From Candidatus Rokuibacteriota bacterium (GTDB lineage Bacteria > Methylomirabilota > Methylomirabilia > Rokubacteriales > CSP1-6), in contig JAHFDN010000005.1 of assembly GCA_023248995.1 (NCBI GenBank), forward strand, positions 2,341 through 66,340: a stretch of 64,000 bases of DNA. Reading direction: 5' to 3'. Below are positions 27,433-39,140 of the stretch, piece by piece. The position numbers and the translations under genes are program-made. Every line of letters begins with the position of its first letter. Position 1 is the first letter of the stretch. The notes under the pieces were generated by a model. It was not told the origin of the DNA and did not search any database. It was given only the letters and a program-made list of their open reading frames with translations.

Positions 27433-28340
27433 GGGTCCTCCTACTGGCGCTCGCGCTGGACCTGCTCCTGGGTGACCCGCCGAACCGCTGGCACCCCGTG
27501 GCCTGGACTGGCCGCCTCCTCGCCTGGGGACGGAACCATTGCCCGGCGGCGGGGCCGCCTCGCCTCGTGGCGTATGGCGGGGGCTTCGTGGCGGGCACCG
27601 TCTTGCTGGTCGTCGTAGTCGTGACCGCGGGCTCGTGGCTCGCTCCACGCCTGGGATGGGCGGGGATGCTCGTCGAGGCCGCGCTGCTCAAATGCGCGTT
27701 CTCGCTCCGGGGGCTCGTGACGGGGGCGTGCGAGGTGCGGCGGAGGCTGGAGGCCGAGGACCTGGTAGGAGCCCGGGAGCGGGTGGGCCGGGACCTGGTG
27801 AGCCGTTCGACGGAGGCACTCTCGGCCCCGCTCGTGGCCTCGGCGACCGTCGAGTCAGTGGCCGAGAACCTGACCGACAGCGTGCTGGCCCCGCTCTTCT
27901 TCTTCCTGATCGCCGGGCTGCCGGGAGCCTGGGCGTACCGCGTCGTGAACACGGCGGATGCCATGTGGGGCTACCGGGAGGGCCCGCTCGAGTACCTGGG
28001 GAAGGCCGCGGCGCGGCTCGACGATGTCATGAACTGGATTCCCGCCCGCCTGGCGGCCGTCGCGGTGGTCCTGGGCGCGCTCGTCGCGGGACATTCGGCC
28101 CGCGGTGCCTGGCGCGGCATGTGGCGCGAGCACGGCCGGACCGGAAGCCCCAACGCCGGCTGGACGATGGCGGCGATGGCGGGGGCTCTTGGGGTGAGGC
28201 TGGAGAAGCCGGGCGCGTACCGGCTCGGATCCGGCGCGCTCCCGTCGGTCCGGGCGATCGGCGAGGCCGTCAGGGTGATGGTGGGTGCGAGCGGATTCGT
28301 CGTGGCCGCTTCTCTCGCTGTCGCCGCCCTCCGTGGGTGA
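27429..28340 (+). CDS. cobD: Adenosylcobinamide-phosphate synthase
   Basis: 303 aa, polytopic, with the CobD/CbiB family motifs (…NRWHPVAW…, …VVNTADAMWGYREGP…). Confidence 0.8.
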   Translation: MRVLLLALALDLLLGDPPNRWHPVAWTGRLLAWGRNHCPAAGPPRLVAYGGGFVAGTVLLVVVVVTAGSWLAPRLGWAGMLVEAALLKCAFSLRGLVTGACEVRRRLEAEDLVGARERVGRDLVSRSTEALSAPLVASATVESVAENLTDSVLAPLFFFLIAGLPGAWAYRVVNTADAMWGYREGPLEYLGKAAARLDDVMNWIPARLAAVAVVLGALVAGHSARGAWRGMWREHGRTGSPNAGWTMAAMAGALGVRLEKPGAYRLGSGALPSVRAIGEAVRVMVGASGFVVAASLAVAALRG

Positions 28341-28359
28341 GAAGGTGGCGCGGTCCCTG

Positions 28360-29856
28360 ATGATCCAGGCAACGGCCTCGCACGCGGGCAAGAGCCTGCT
28401 CGTGGCCGGACTCTGCCGCCTCTTCCGTCAGGAGGGGCTCCGCGTTGTCCCGTTCAAGTCCCAGAACATGGCCCTCAACGCCTACGTCACCCGGGACGGC
28501 GGCGAGATGGGATGGGCTCAGGCGATGCAGGCCGAGGCTGCGGGGGTGGAGCCCCGGGTGGAGATGAACCCGATCTTGATCAAGCCCCACTCGGCGGAGG
28601 GGAGCCAGGTGATCCTCCTCGGGACAGTCTTCGGCCGGGTCGGCGCGGCCGAGTACTACGGGCAGGTGGCCCGCCTCTGGCCGGCTGTCGTGGAGAGTTA
28701 CCGGCGACTCGCCGCCGACGCCGACCTTGTCCTGATCGAGGGGGCCGGCAATCCCGCCGAGCCGAACCTGATGGAGCGGGAGATCGCCAACATGGCCGTG
28801 GCTCGCCTGGCCAAGGCGCCGGTCCTCCTCGTCGGGGACATCGACCGCGGCGGGGTCTTCGCCAGCCTGCTCGGCACGCTGGCCCTCTTGAGGCCGTCGG
28901 ATCGTCGGCGGGTGCGAGGGCTCATCATCAACAAGTTCCGGGGGGACCCGGCGCTCCTCGCCTCGGGCGTCGAATTCCTCGAGCGGAAGGCGCGGCGGCC
29001 GGTCTGGGGCGTGGTACCCCTGCTCGCCCGCCTCTATCTTCCGGAGGAGGACAGCGTCGCGCTCGACGAGGTCAGGGATGAGCCGCCCGGCGGACCGACG
29101 CGGGTCAGGGTCGTCGTCGTTCGACTCCCGCACATCGCCAACTTCACCGACTTCGCCCCGCTGGAGCGGGAGGCGCGGGCGGAGGTCGTGTACGCCCGCC
29201 GGTCGGCCGAGCTTGCCGGCGCCCACCTGGTCATCCTCCCCGGTTCCAAGGACACCATCGCCGATCTCCGGTTCCTCAAGGCCGAGGGCTTCGACGGGGC
29301 GCTCCGGGAGCACGTGGCGCGAGGCGGGTCGATCGGCGGGATCTGCGGGGGATTTCAGATGCTCGGCCGCTCGGTGGCCGATCCCCAGGGGGTCGAGAGC
29401 GGGGGGACGGAGCCCGGCCTCGACCTCCTGCCCGTGACGACGACCCTCGTGCCTCCCAAGATCACCCGGCGGGTCCGCGCCCGGCTCCTCCCGGGCCCGT
29501 GGGGGAACTCGAGCGGAGAGTGGGAGGCCTACGAGATCCGCATGGGGCGCACCGTCACGACTGGCACGCTCGCGCCGCTCTTCGCGATTCGCCGGGATGG
29601 AGCGGGGGCCGTCGAGGAGACCGACGGGCAGGTGACGGCCGACGGCCGCGTGTGGGGGACGTATCTTCACGGCTGTTTCGACCCCCGGGAAGTACGGGAC
29701 ACTCTCCTGGCCTGGCTCTCGGGCCTGTCGCCGAACCGCGAGGCTTGGCCGTCGGGCGACTACCGCGCCCTCAGAGAGACCGCCTACGAGTCCCTCGCCG
29801 AGACCCTCCGCCGGACGCTGAATCTGCCCGCCATCCGAAGGCTCATCGGCCTTTAG
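28360..29856 (+). CDS. cobQ: Cobyric acid synthase
   Basis: MIQATASHAGKSLLVAGLCR... is the CobQ/CbiP N-terminus. A C-terminal GATase domain carries the catalytic Cys (GICGGFQMLG). Confidence 0.8.
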   Translation: MIQATASHAGKSLLVAGLCRLFRQEGLRVVPFKSQNMALNAYVTRDGGEMGWAQAMQAEAAGVEPRVEMNPILIKPHSAEGSQVILLGTVFGRVGAAEYYGQVARLWPAVVESYRRLAADADLVLIEGAGNPAEPNLMEREIANMAVARLAKAPVLLVGDIDRGGVFASLLGTLALLRPSDRRRVRGLIINKFRGDPALLASGVEFLERKARRPVWGVVPLLARLYLPEEDSVALDEVRDEPPGGPTRVRVVVVRLPHIANFTDFAPLEREARAEVVYARRSAELAGAHLVILPGSKDTIADLRFLKAEGFDGALREHVARGGSIGGICGGFQMLGRSVADPQGVESGGTEPGLDLLPVTTTLVPPKITRRVRARLLPGPWGNSSGEWEAYEIRMGRTVTTGTLAPLFAIRRDGAGAVEETDGQVTADGRVWGTYLHGCFDPREVRDTLLAWLSGLSPNREAWPSGDYRALRETAYESLAETLRRTLNLPAIRRLIGL

Positions 29857-29957
29857 TCCGCTTCCCTCCCGAAATTCTTTCCGGGCCGGTGCGGCGCGGC
29901 GGTATCATGGCGTCGTCGCCGCCCATGGCGGCGACTCGTGTCTTTAGGGACCCCAAC

Positions 29958-31613
29958 ATGGGTTTGAACGTCACCGATTCCCTCTCCGATGCCTTGAAGG
30001 CGGCCCTTGCCGGAGCCGGGCTCGAAGCGCCCGACGAGGTCCTCTGGGAAGTCCCGCGGGAGGAGGCGCACGGCGACTACGCGACCAACGTCGCGATGCT
30101 CCTGGCCAAGGGCGCACGGCGGCCGCCCCGCGAGGTGGCGCAGCTGCTCCGCCAGCATTTTCCTCCCGTGCCCCAGGTCCAGAAGGTCGAGGTGGCCGGC
30201 CCCGGCTTCCTCAACGTGTTCCTCGCTCCCGATTGGTGCTCAACAGCCCTGGGCGAGATCCTCGAGGCCGGGGAGAGCTACGCCCGGAGCGACCGGGGAC
30301 GGGGGAGCCGCGTCCAGATCGAGTTCGTCTCCGCCAACCCCACCGGCCCGCTGGTCGTGGCGAACGCGCGGGCGGCGGCGGTGGGCGATTCGCTCACCCG
30401 GATCCTGGCCGCCCAGGGGTACCGGGTCTTCCGCGAGTACTACGTCAACGACGCGGGCAACCAGGTGCAGACCCTGGCGCGGTCGCTCGAGGCGAGGATC
30501 CGCCAGCAGCTGGGCGAGCAGGCGGAACTTCCCGAGGACGCCTATCCCGGCGAGTACCTGGTGGAGCTGGCCAGGGAACACCTGGCCACCGGGGGCTCGA
30601 AGATTCTGGCGGCACCCGATGGCGAGCGCCTCGATCGGCTCGGGCGCTTCGCGGTGGAGCGGATCACGGCCGACCAGCGGCGAGTCTTGGGCGCCTACGG
30701 CGTCGAGTTCGACCGCTGGTTCAGCGAGCGGGCACTCCGCGAGAGCGGGGAGGCCGCCCGGGTGCTCGAGCGGCTTCGCGAGCGCGGGTACGTGTACGAG
30801 GCAGAGGGCGCCGTCTGGTTCCGCTCCACGGCGTTCGGGGACGATAAGGACCGGGTCCTCGTGAAGTCCGACGGCGAACCCACGTACTTCGTCAGCGACA
30901 TCGCCTACCACGTCAACAAGATCGAGCGCGGCTTCGAGCGGCTCATCGACCTGTGGGGGCCCGACCACCACGGCCACGTTCCCCGGATGAAGGCGGCCCT
31001 CCGGGCCCTGGGGTACGCGGAGGGCCTCCTGGATGTCCTGATCGTGCAGCTCGTGAGCCTGCTGCGTCAGGGCCAGCCGGTCAGGATGTCCAAGCGCATG
31101 GGCGAGTTCGTCACGATGGAAGAGCTGATCGAGGAGGTCGGCCGGGACGCGGCCCGGTTCACCTTCCTCACGCGTCGCCACGACAGCCCGCTCGACTTCG
31201 ACCTCGAGGTGGTGACGCGGCAGACCGCCGAGAACCCCGTCTATTATGTGCAGTACGCGCACGCCAGGATCGCGAGCATTTTCCAGCATTTGAGGGAACG
31301 GAAGCTCCCGCTGCCCGACTGGCAGCGGGTGGATCTCCTGCGCCTGAGCCTCCCGGAGGAGCAGTCGCTGATCAAGCGCCTACTCCAGCTGCCCCACGTG
31401 GCCGCGGGCGCGGCGCGGGCCCTCGAGCCCCACCGGATCGCCTACTACCTCCAGGAACTGGCCGGCCTCTTCCATCCGTACTATAACCGCCATCGCGTGA
31501 TCGGGGACGACCGCGCCCTGACAGAGGCCCGACTTGCGCTGGTGGCGGGCGTGGGGCTCGTCGTCCGGAATGGCTTGGATCTCCTGGGCGTCTCGGCGCC
31601 GGAGAAGATGTGA
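29958..31613 (+). CDS. argS: Arginine--tRNA ligase
   Basis: HIGH-like region (ANPTGPLVVANAR), a KMSK-like motif (MSKRMG) and a DALR anticodon-binding C-terminus. Alternative upstream ATGs lie at 29906 and 29925. Confidence 0.85.
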   Translation: MGLNVTDSLSDALKAALAGAGLEAPDEVLWEVPREEAHGDYATNVAMLLAKGARRPPREVAQLLRQHFPPVPQVQKVEVAGPGFLNVFLAPDWCSTALGEILEAGESYARSDRGRGSRVQIEFVSANPTGPLVVANARAAAVGDSLTRILAAQGYRVFREYYVNDAGNQVQTLARSLEARIRQQLGEQAELPEDAYPGEYLVELAREHLATGGSKILAAPDGERLDRLGRFAVERITADQRRVLGAYGVEFDRWFSERALRESGEAARVLERLRERGYVYEAEGAVWFRSTAFGDDKDRVLVKSDGEPTYFVSDIAYHVNKIERGFERLIDLWGPDHHGHVPRMKAALRALGYAEGLLDVLIVQLVSLLRQGQPVRMSKRMGEFVTMEELIEEVGRDAARFTFLTRRHDSPLDFDLEVVTRQTAENPVYYVQYAHARIASIFQHLRERKLPLPDWQRVDLLRLSLPEEQSLIKRLLQLPHVAAGAARALEPHRIAYYLQELAGLFHPYYNRHRVIGDDRALTEARLALVAGVGLVVRNGLDLLGVSAPEKM

Positions 31614-32179
31614 TGGCCGGGCGGAACGGCCGTCCTCGACCGGGCTCGCGCCGCGGCGGTCGCCAGGCCGTCTTCCTGGCGGTGGTGGGCCTGGCCTCCC
31701 TGTCGCTGGCGTTCGGGCTGGGCCTCCTGGTCGGGCGCCAGTGGGGGCGGGGTCACCCGCCGAAGGCGCAGACGGCAGAGCCCAAGCGGGCGCTATCCGG
31801 CCCGCGGCGCGCGCTGAGCGACCCCCAGGCCGAGCAAGCACCCCAGATCCAGGAGAAGCTCACGTTCTATCAGACCCTGACCGCGCCGCTCGCCGCGCCG
31901 CCGCCCAAGCCCCAGTCGAAGGAGCGCGACGAGCCGGCCAAAGGCTCGCAGTACACCCTTCAGGTCGGCGCCTACGGCGGCAAGGTCGCGGCCGAGGAAA
32001 TGGAGCGCCAGCTCAAGGACGCCGGCTTGGAAGCCTACGTGGTGACGGGCGGCGGGGACGACGGCCGGACGACCTACCGGGTCCGGGTGGGAAGCTTCGG
32101 GACCCGCGCCCAGGCCGAGGAGGTGGCCGAGCGTCTTAGGAGTGAGCGCGGCCTCGTGCCCTTTGTCACGACGCGGTGA
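31610..32179 (+). CDS. SPOR-domain protein (peptidoglycan-binding, membrane anchored)
   Basis: TM anchor, a Pro/Ala-rich linker and a C-terminal SPOR domain (…YTLQVGAYGGKVAAEEMERQLKDAGLEAYVV…YRVRVGSFGTRAQAEEVAERL). Confidence 0.7.
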   Translation: MMAGRNGRPRPGSRRGGRQAVFLAVVGLASLSLAFGLGLLVGRQWGRGHPPKAQTAEPKRALSGPRRALSDPQAEQAPQIQEKLTFYQTLTAPLAAPPPKPQSKERDEPAKGSQYTLQVGAYGGKVAAEEMERQLKDAGLEAYVVTGGGDDGRTTYRVRVGSFGTRAQAEEVAERLRSERGLVPFVTTR

Positions 32180-32194
32180 CGGGGTCGATCCGGC

Positions 32195-32731
32195 GTGGGC
32201 CCCCGTCTGGGACGAGTGCTCATCACCCCGGAGGAGATCGGCGAACGCGTCCGCGAGCTGGGGCAGTCCCTCTCGCGCGACTACGCCGGGAAGGACCCTC
32301 TGCTCGTCGGCGTGCTCAAGGGCGCCGTGGTCTTCATGGCCGACCTGATGCGGGCCGCCGACATCCCGCTGGCGGCCGACTTCATCGCGGTCGGGAGCTA
32401 CGGCGGAACGACCCGCTCCTCGGGAGTGGTCAAGATCACCGCCGACCTGTCCGTCTCCATCGAGGAGCGCCACGTGGTCATCGTCGAGGACATCATCGAC
32501 ACCGGCCGCACTATCGGCTACCTCAAGCGTAACCTCGAGACCCGCCGCCCGGCCAGCCTCCGGGTCATGGCTCTCCTGGACAAGATCGAGCGACGCGAGG
32601 TCGAAGTCGAGCTCGACTACGTGGGGTTCACGATCCCCAACCACTTCGTCGTCGGCTACGGCCTCGATTACCGGGGGCGCTACCGGAACCTCCCGTGCGT
32701 CGCCGTGCTCGAAGAAGAGCCACGGGGCTGA
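32195..32731 (+). CDS. hpt: Hypoxanthine-guanine phosphoribosyltransferase
   Basis: PRPP-binding motif VVIVEDIIDTGRT; size 178 aa. Confidence 0.85.
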   Translation: MGPRLGRVLITPEEIGERVRELGQSLSRDYAGKDPLLVGVLKGAVVFMADLMRAADIPLAADFIAVGSYGGTTRSSGVVKITADLSVSIEERHVVIVEDIIDTGRTIGYLKRNLETRRPASLRVMALLDKIERREVEVELDYVGFTIPNHFVVGYGLDYRGRYRNLPCVAVLEEEPRG

Positions 32732-32734
32732 CCT

Positions 32735-32761
32735 TGTGGGCTCGAGCGCCTGTGCTATAAT
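32735..32761 (+). promoter_or_regulatory. Candidate promoter for ftsH (TTGTGG...TATAAT)
   Basis: A perfect -10 TATAAT at 32756-32761 with a -35-like TTGTGG 15-16 nt upstream. Both lie in the hpt-ftsH intergenic region. Confidence 0.35.
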
Positions 32762-32839
32762 GAATGCGCCTTTTTTTCTTTTCCCATCGAGTGTTGTCCG
32801 CGGGAGCGGGGGGCCCGGAGGGTGCAGGTGAGAGCGCCG

Positions 32840-34651
<1,812 letters not shown>

Positions 34652-34746
34652 TCTCTCGGAGTGGGGCGAAAGCCCCCCTCCGCTTCCACCATTTCTTCCC
34701 TCTCCGGGTCGGTGTCGTCGGTGGTATTTTTGTCTTCGAGGCTCGA

Positions 34747-35595
34747 ATGCGGAAGCGGGCGATCCTGGCGGGCGTCGAGGTTGGCGACGGGAAACCGGTT
34801 GCGGTGATCGGCGCGATCAACCTGAGCCCGGAATCCTTCTACGGGGGGTCGGTCGTGCACGATCGGGACCGGCTCCTCGCGACGGCCGAACGAATGGTCG
34901 AGGTGGGAGCCGTCGTGGTGGACGTCGGCGGCATGTCCACGGCGCCCTACCGGGAGACCTGGATCTCGGAGGCGGAGGAGACCCGGCGGCTGGCCGGGGC
35001 CGTCGAGTGGCTGGTGACGAAGCTCGCCGTTGCCGTTTCGGCCGACACCTGCCGGGCGGGCCCGGCGCGGGCGGCCCTCGAAGCGGGCGCGGCCATCATC
35101 AACGACGTGAGCGGGCTGACGGCGGACGCCGGGATGGCGCCGCTCGTCGCGCGGACCGGGGCGGGTCTGATCGTGATGGCCAGCCCCCGACCGCCGGCCG
35201 TCCCCGGAGGGGAGCCGATCGACGCCGTCGCGGCTCTCCTCAGGGAAAGCCTGGCGATCGCGCGGGGGGCGGGGATCGAGGTGGAGCGGATCGTGGTGGA
35301 TCCGGGCATCGGGTTCTTCCGGACGGCCGATCGGCCGTGGTACGAGTGGGACTGCCAGATCCTGCGGGAGCTGGGCGCCCTGGGCGCGCTCGGCCGGCCG
35401 ATCTCGGTCGGCGTCTCCCGCAAGTCGTTCATCGGCGCCGTCGCGGGGTCGGCCGAGCCGGGGGAGCGCCTTCCCGGGTCGCTCGCCGCCACGGCCGTCG
35501 CCGTGTACAACGGGGCCCACGTCGTCCGCTGCCACGACGTGGCCGAAACCCGCCAGGCGGTGCGCGTGGCCGAAGCGATCCGCGGGCAGGAGTGA
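34747..35595 (+). CDS. folP: Dihydropteroate synthase
   Basis: Pterin-binding domain (…AIINDVSGL…, VDPGIGF). The track ORF begins at 34648, but homology starts near MRKRAILAGV. Confidence 0.75.
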   Translation: MRKRAILAGVEVGDGKPVAVIGAINLSPESFYGGSVVHDRDRLLATAERMVEVGAVVVDVGGMSTAPYRETWISEAEETRRLAGAVEWLVTKLAVAVSADTCRAGPARAALEAGAAIINDVSGLTADAGMAPLVARTGAGLIVMASPRPPAVPGGEPIDAVAALLRESLAIARGAGIEVERIVVDPGIGFFRTADRPWYEWDCQILRELGALGALGRPISVGVSRKSFIGAVAGSAEPGERLPGSLAATAVAVYNGAHVVRCHDVAETRQAVRVAEAIRGQE

Positions 35596-35604
35596 GATCA
35601 GCCC

Positions 35605-36453
35605 ATGTGGGAGATCCTCTACGGGCTCAGGTGGCGCGACGTCCTCGACATCCTGCTGCTGGCCGTCGTCCTCTACTGGATCCTGCTCACCTTCAAGGGG
35701 ACACGGGCGACGCAGATGCTGGTCGGCGTCCTCCTCCTGGGCGGTGCCACCGTGGCGGCCCGCCACTACGAGCTGTTCGGAACCAGCTGGATCCTCGAAA
35801 ATTTCTGGGCCTACTGGGTGCTAGCCCTCATCGTGCTGTTCCAGCCCGAGCTGCGGCGGGTGCTGGCCCGGGTCGGTCACAGCCGCCTGCTCCAGGGGGT
35901 GTTGGGGGCCGGCCACCGGGAGCGCGGCGCCGTCGTTGACGACGTGGCGCAGGCTGCCGACTCGCTCGCGGCCAAGCGGATCGGCGCCTTGATGGTGCTC
36001 GAACGCAGCACGGGGCTCCGCCAATACGCGGAGCTGGGGGTGCCGCTCGACGCGCTCGTGTCCTCCGATCTTCTGGAGAGCCTCTTCCATCCGTACTCGC
36101 CGCTCCACGACGGGGCGATCGTCATCCAGGGAAACCGCGTGGTGGCGGCCGGCTGCTTCCTCCCCCTCTCGCGCAACCCCGAGGTGGGGCGCGAGCTCGG
36201 CACGCGCCACCGGGCGGCGCTCGGGCTCAGCGAGGAAACCGACGCTGCGGTGCTGGTCGTTTCGGAGGAGACCGGGCGCGTCTCGCTCGCGGTGGAGGGT
36301 CAGATGGAAAGCCCCCTCGATCGGGGCGAGCTCCGCCGCCGGCTGACGGGCCTCCTGGCCGGGGGCGGGGTGGCCCCCCGGGCGTCGTTCCTGGACGCGC
36401 TCATGCGCCGCTGGGCGACGGAGAGGAAAGCCGAGCGTCATGGACGGGCGTAG
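35605..36453 (+). CDS. cdaA: Diadenylate cyclase CdaA (DAC domain)
   Basis: N-terminal TM helices plus a DisA_N domain with HDGAIVI and RHRAALGLSEETDA motifs. Confidence 0.85.
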   Translation: MWEILYGLRWRDVLDILLLAVVLYWILLTFKGTRATQMLVGVLLLGGATVAARHYELFGTSWILENFWAYWVLALIVLFQPELRRVLARVGHSRLLQGVLGAGHRERGAVVDDVAQAADSLAAKRIGALMVLERSTGLRQYAELGVPLDALVSSDLLESLFHPYSPLHDGAIVIQGNRVVAAGCFLPLSRNPEVGRELGTRHRAALGLSEETDAAVLVVSEETGRVSLAVEGQMESPLDRGELRRRLTGLLAGGGVAPRASFLDALMRRWATERKAERHGRA

Positions 36454-37366
36454 CCTCCGCGGCTGGCTCACCGGAAACTGGGAACTCAAGATCCTCTCGC
36501 TCTTGGCGGCGAGCGTCCTCTGGTTCCTGGTGGTCAGCGGGGAAAAAGCCCACGTGCGGCTCGCCGTCCCGGTGGAGTTCGACGCGATCCCGGCCGGCCT
36601 GGAGCTGGCGGGAGAGCGTCCCGAAAGCGTGGACGTGGAGGTTCAGGGCCTTCGCTCGAGGCTGGCCCGCCTCTCCGGCGAAGACCTCCGGGCCTCCGTG
36701 GGCCTGGCCGGGGCCCGCGCGGGGGAGAGTACGATTCGGCTCCTGCCCGAAAATATCAGGGTGCCGAGAGGCGTGACCGTGGTGCGGGTGAGCCCGTCCC
36801 GGTTGCGCGTGGTCCTGGAGCCTTCTGAAACGGCCATGGTCCGCGTCGTCCCGCGCTTGACAGGCCAGCCGCCGGCGGGGTACCGGGTGGCCCGGGTGCT
36901 CGTGAGCCCGGCGGAGGTCGAAGTCCGCGGCCCTCGGAGGGAGGTCGGCCGGTGGAAGCAGGTGGAAACCGATTCGATTGACCTCTCAGGCCTCACGGGG
37001 ACCCTCACCCGCCGGACCTCGCTCGACGCCCTGGGCAATTCGGTCCGCCTCGTCCGCGATAGGAGTGTCGAGGTCACGATCGAAGTGGCCGAGGAGCTTG
37101 CCACGCGGCGGATCGTCGGGGTGCCGGTTCGGGTCGCCTCGGTCGCCTGGGACGCCCGGCCGGTGCCGGCCACCGTGGACCTGGTCGTCCGAGGCCCGCT
37201 CGCCCGCGTCAAGGAGCTGACTGCCTCCCAGGTCGCCGCCGTGCTGGTTCTCAAAGGGCTCCGCCGGAAAGTCTACCGGTTGGCCCCTACGATCACGCTG
37301 CCGCAGGGGGTCGAGTTGATCCAGATGGACCCGCCCCGCGTCACGGTCGAGGCGGTAGGCTCATGA
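36440..37366 (+). CDS. cdaR: CdaA regulatory protein CdaR (YbbR-like domains)
   Basis: Signal/TM segment followed by repeated YbbR-like modules. It lies within the conserved cdaA-cdaR-glmM gene order. Confidence 0.7.
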   Translation: MDGRSLRGWLTGNWELKILSLLAASVLWFLVVSGEKAHVRLAVPVEFDAIPAGLELAGERPESVDVEVQGLRSRLARLSGEDLRASVGLAGARAGESTIRLLPENIRVPRGVTVVRVSPSRLRVVLEPSETAMVRVVPRLTGQPPAGYRVARVLVSPAEVEVRGPRREVGRWKQVETDSIDLSGLTGTLTRRTSLDALGNSVRLVRDRSVEVTIEVAEELATRRIVGVPVRVASVAWDARPVPATVDLVVRGPLARVKELTASQVAAVLVLKGLRRKVYRLAPTITLPQGVELIQMDPPRVTVEAVGS

Positions 37367-38724
37367 CACGGCTCTTCGGGACCGACGGGATCCGGGGCGT
37401 GGCGAACCAGCCGCCGCTGACCCCGGACATCACGTATCGTCTCGGGCGGCATCTCGTCGCGACGCTCCTCGAGCGCCAGGGGGTCTCGCGGGTGCGGCTG
37501 GTCGTCGGGCGCGACACGCGCCTGTCAGGTCCCATGCTGGAGGCGGCGCTCGTGGCCGGCGCTCTGTCGGCCGGGGCGGAGTGCTACACGGTGGGAGTGC
37601 TCCCGACCCCGGCGGTAGCCTTCCTCGCGCGCCACCTGGAGGCCCACGGCGGCGTCGTCCTCTCGGCCTCCCACAATCCCTTCGAGGACAACGGCATCAA
37701 GCTCTTCTCCCCCGACGGGACGAAATTCCCCGATGCGTGGGAGGAGGAGATCGAGGCGCGCCTCGAAGCTCCCGATCGCGCGCCGCAACCGACGGGAGGC
37801 GCGCTGGGGCGCCTCGTCGTCTACGACCGGGCCGAGGCCGATTACCTGGCCTTCTGCCGCCGCGGAGTGGACCTTCGGCTGGACGGCCACGCCGTCGCGC
37901 TCGACGCGGCTCACGGCGCGACGTATCGTCTGGCCCCGCGACTCTTCCGGAGCCTCGGGGCACGCGTCATCGCGCTCGGGGTGCGACCCGACGGGACGAA
38001 CATCAACCGACGTTCCGGCGCCCTCTACCCCGAGACGCTACAAAAAAAGGTGAGGGCGAGCGGGGTCCAGATCGGGCTCGCCTTCGACGGGGACGGGGAC
38101 CGGCTGATCTCCGTGGACGAGACCGGGGAGATCAGGGACGGCGACTATATCCTGGCCATCTGTGCGCGCCACCTGGCCTCGCGCGGCCAGCTCAAGGGCA
38201 ACCTGGTGGTCACCACCGTCATGGCGAACCTGGGCTTCGACCGCTCGCTCGCGGAGGCGGGGATCCGAACGGTGAAGACCCAGGTCGGTGACCGGTACGT
38301 GCTGGAGGAGATGCGGAAGGTCGGCGCCAACGTGGGCGGTGAGCAGTCCGGGCACCTGATTTTTCTCGAGCGCTCCACCACGGGAGACGGCCTGATCAGC
38401 GCGCTCCAGCTCCTCCTCGTCATGCGGGAGACCGGCAAATCGCTCTCCCAGCTTGCCGGTTGCCTGACCAAGTTCCCTCAGGTCCTGCTCAACGTGCCGG
38501 TCAGGACGAAGCCCGCCCTGGAAGAGATTCCGGGCCTCCAGGTCCGGCTCGGGGAGATCGAGGCAGAACTGGACGGCAACGGGCGGGTCCTGCTCAGGTA
38601 CTCGGGCACCGAGCCGCTGGCGCGGATCATGATAGAGGGGGAGGACCAGGGCCAGATCGAGACGCTGGCGCGGGGGCTGGCGGGCATCATCGAGCGGGCG
38701 ATCGGGAGCCGGAGGGCCCGGTGA
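37363..38724 (+). CDS. glmM: Phosphoglucosamine mutase
   Basis: MTRLFGTDGIRG... with the active-site Ser region SASHNPFEDNGIK. Confidence 0.9.
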   Translation: MTRLFGTDGIRGVANQPPLTPDITYRLGRHLVATLLERQGVSRVRLVVGRDTRLSGPMLEAALVAGALSAGAECYTVGVLPTPAVAFLARHLEAHGGVVLSASHNPFEDNGIKLFSPDGTKFPDAWEEEIEARLEAPDRAPQPTGGALGRLVVYDRAEADYLAFCRRGVDLRLDGHAVALDAAHGATYRLAPRLFRSLGARVIALGVRPDGTNINRRSGALYPETLQKKVRASGVQIGLAFDGDGDRLISVDETGEIRDGDYILAICARHLASRGQLKGNLVVTTVMANLGFDRSLAEAGIRTVKTQVGDRYVLEEMRKVGANVGGEQSGHLIFLERSTTGDGLISALQLLLVMRETGKSLSQLAGCLTKFPQVLLNVPVRTKPALEEIPGLQVRLGEIEAELDGNGRVLLRYSGTEPLARIMIEGEDQGQIETLARGLAGIIERAIGSRRAR

Positions 38725-39140
38725 CGATCAAGGGCGTCGGCGTGGACCTGGTGAGGATCCCCCGCATGCGTAGGGTGGTGGAGCGCTGGCAGGATCGCTT
38801 CCTCCAGCGGGTCTTCACCGCGGAGGAGATCGCCTATTGCCAAGGGCGACGCGACCCCGTGCCGCACCTGGCCGCGCGCTTCGCCGCCAAGGAAGCGGGC
38901 CTGAAGGCGCTGGGGATCGGGCTTCGCTTCGGCGTCAGCTGGCGCGAGCTGGAGGTCCGCCGCGAGCGGGGGCAGGCGCCTGTCCTGGTCCTGTCGGGGA
39001 AGAGCCGGAGCATCGGCGAGTCGCTGGGGGGCGCCCACCACCTCCTCTTGAGCCTCACTCACGACGGGGAGTATGCGTTGGCCCACTGCCTCCTGGTGGG
39101 CGAAGACACACCGGGGCCGTCCGATGAGAGGGCTCGCTAG
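38721..39140 (+). CDS. acpS: Holo-[acyl-carrier-protein] synthase
   Basis: GVGVDLVRIPRM...FAAKEAGLKALG is the 4'-phosphopantetheinyl transferase signature. The GTG overlaps the glmM stop. Confidence 0.8.
   Translation: MTIKGVGVDLVRIPRMRRVVERWQDRFLQRVFTAEEIAYCQGRRDPVPHLAARFAAKEAGLKALGIGLRFGVSWRELEVRRERGQAPVLVLSGKSRSIGESLGGAHHLLLSLTHDGEYALAHCLLVGEDTPGPSDERAR

Noticed and set aside
32736-32800. Possible Rho-independent terminator after hpt (GCGCC followed by TTTTTTT)
   Set aside because: The stem is only ~5 bp and poorly paired. The T-run more plausibly belongs to the ftsH 5'UTR downstream of a TATAAT promoter.
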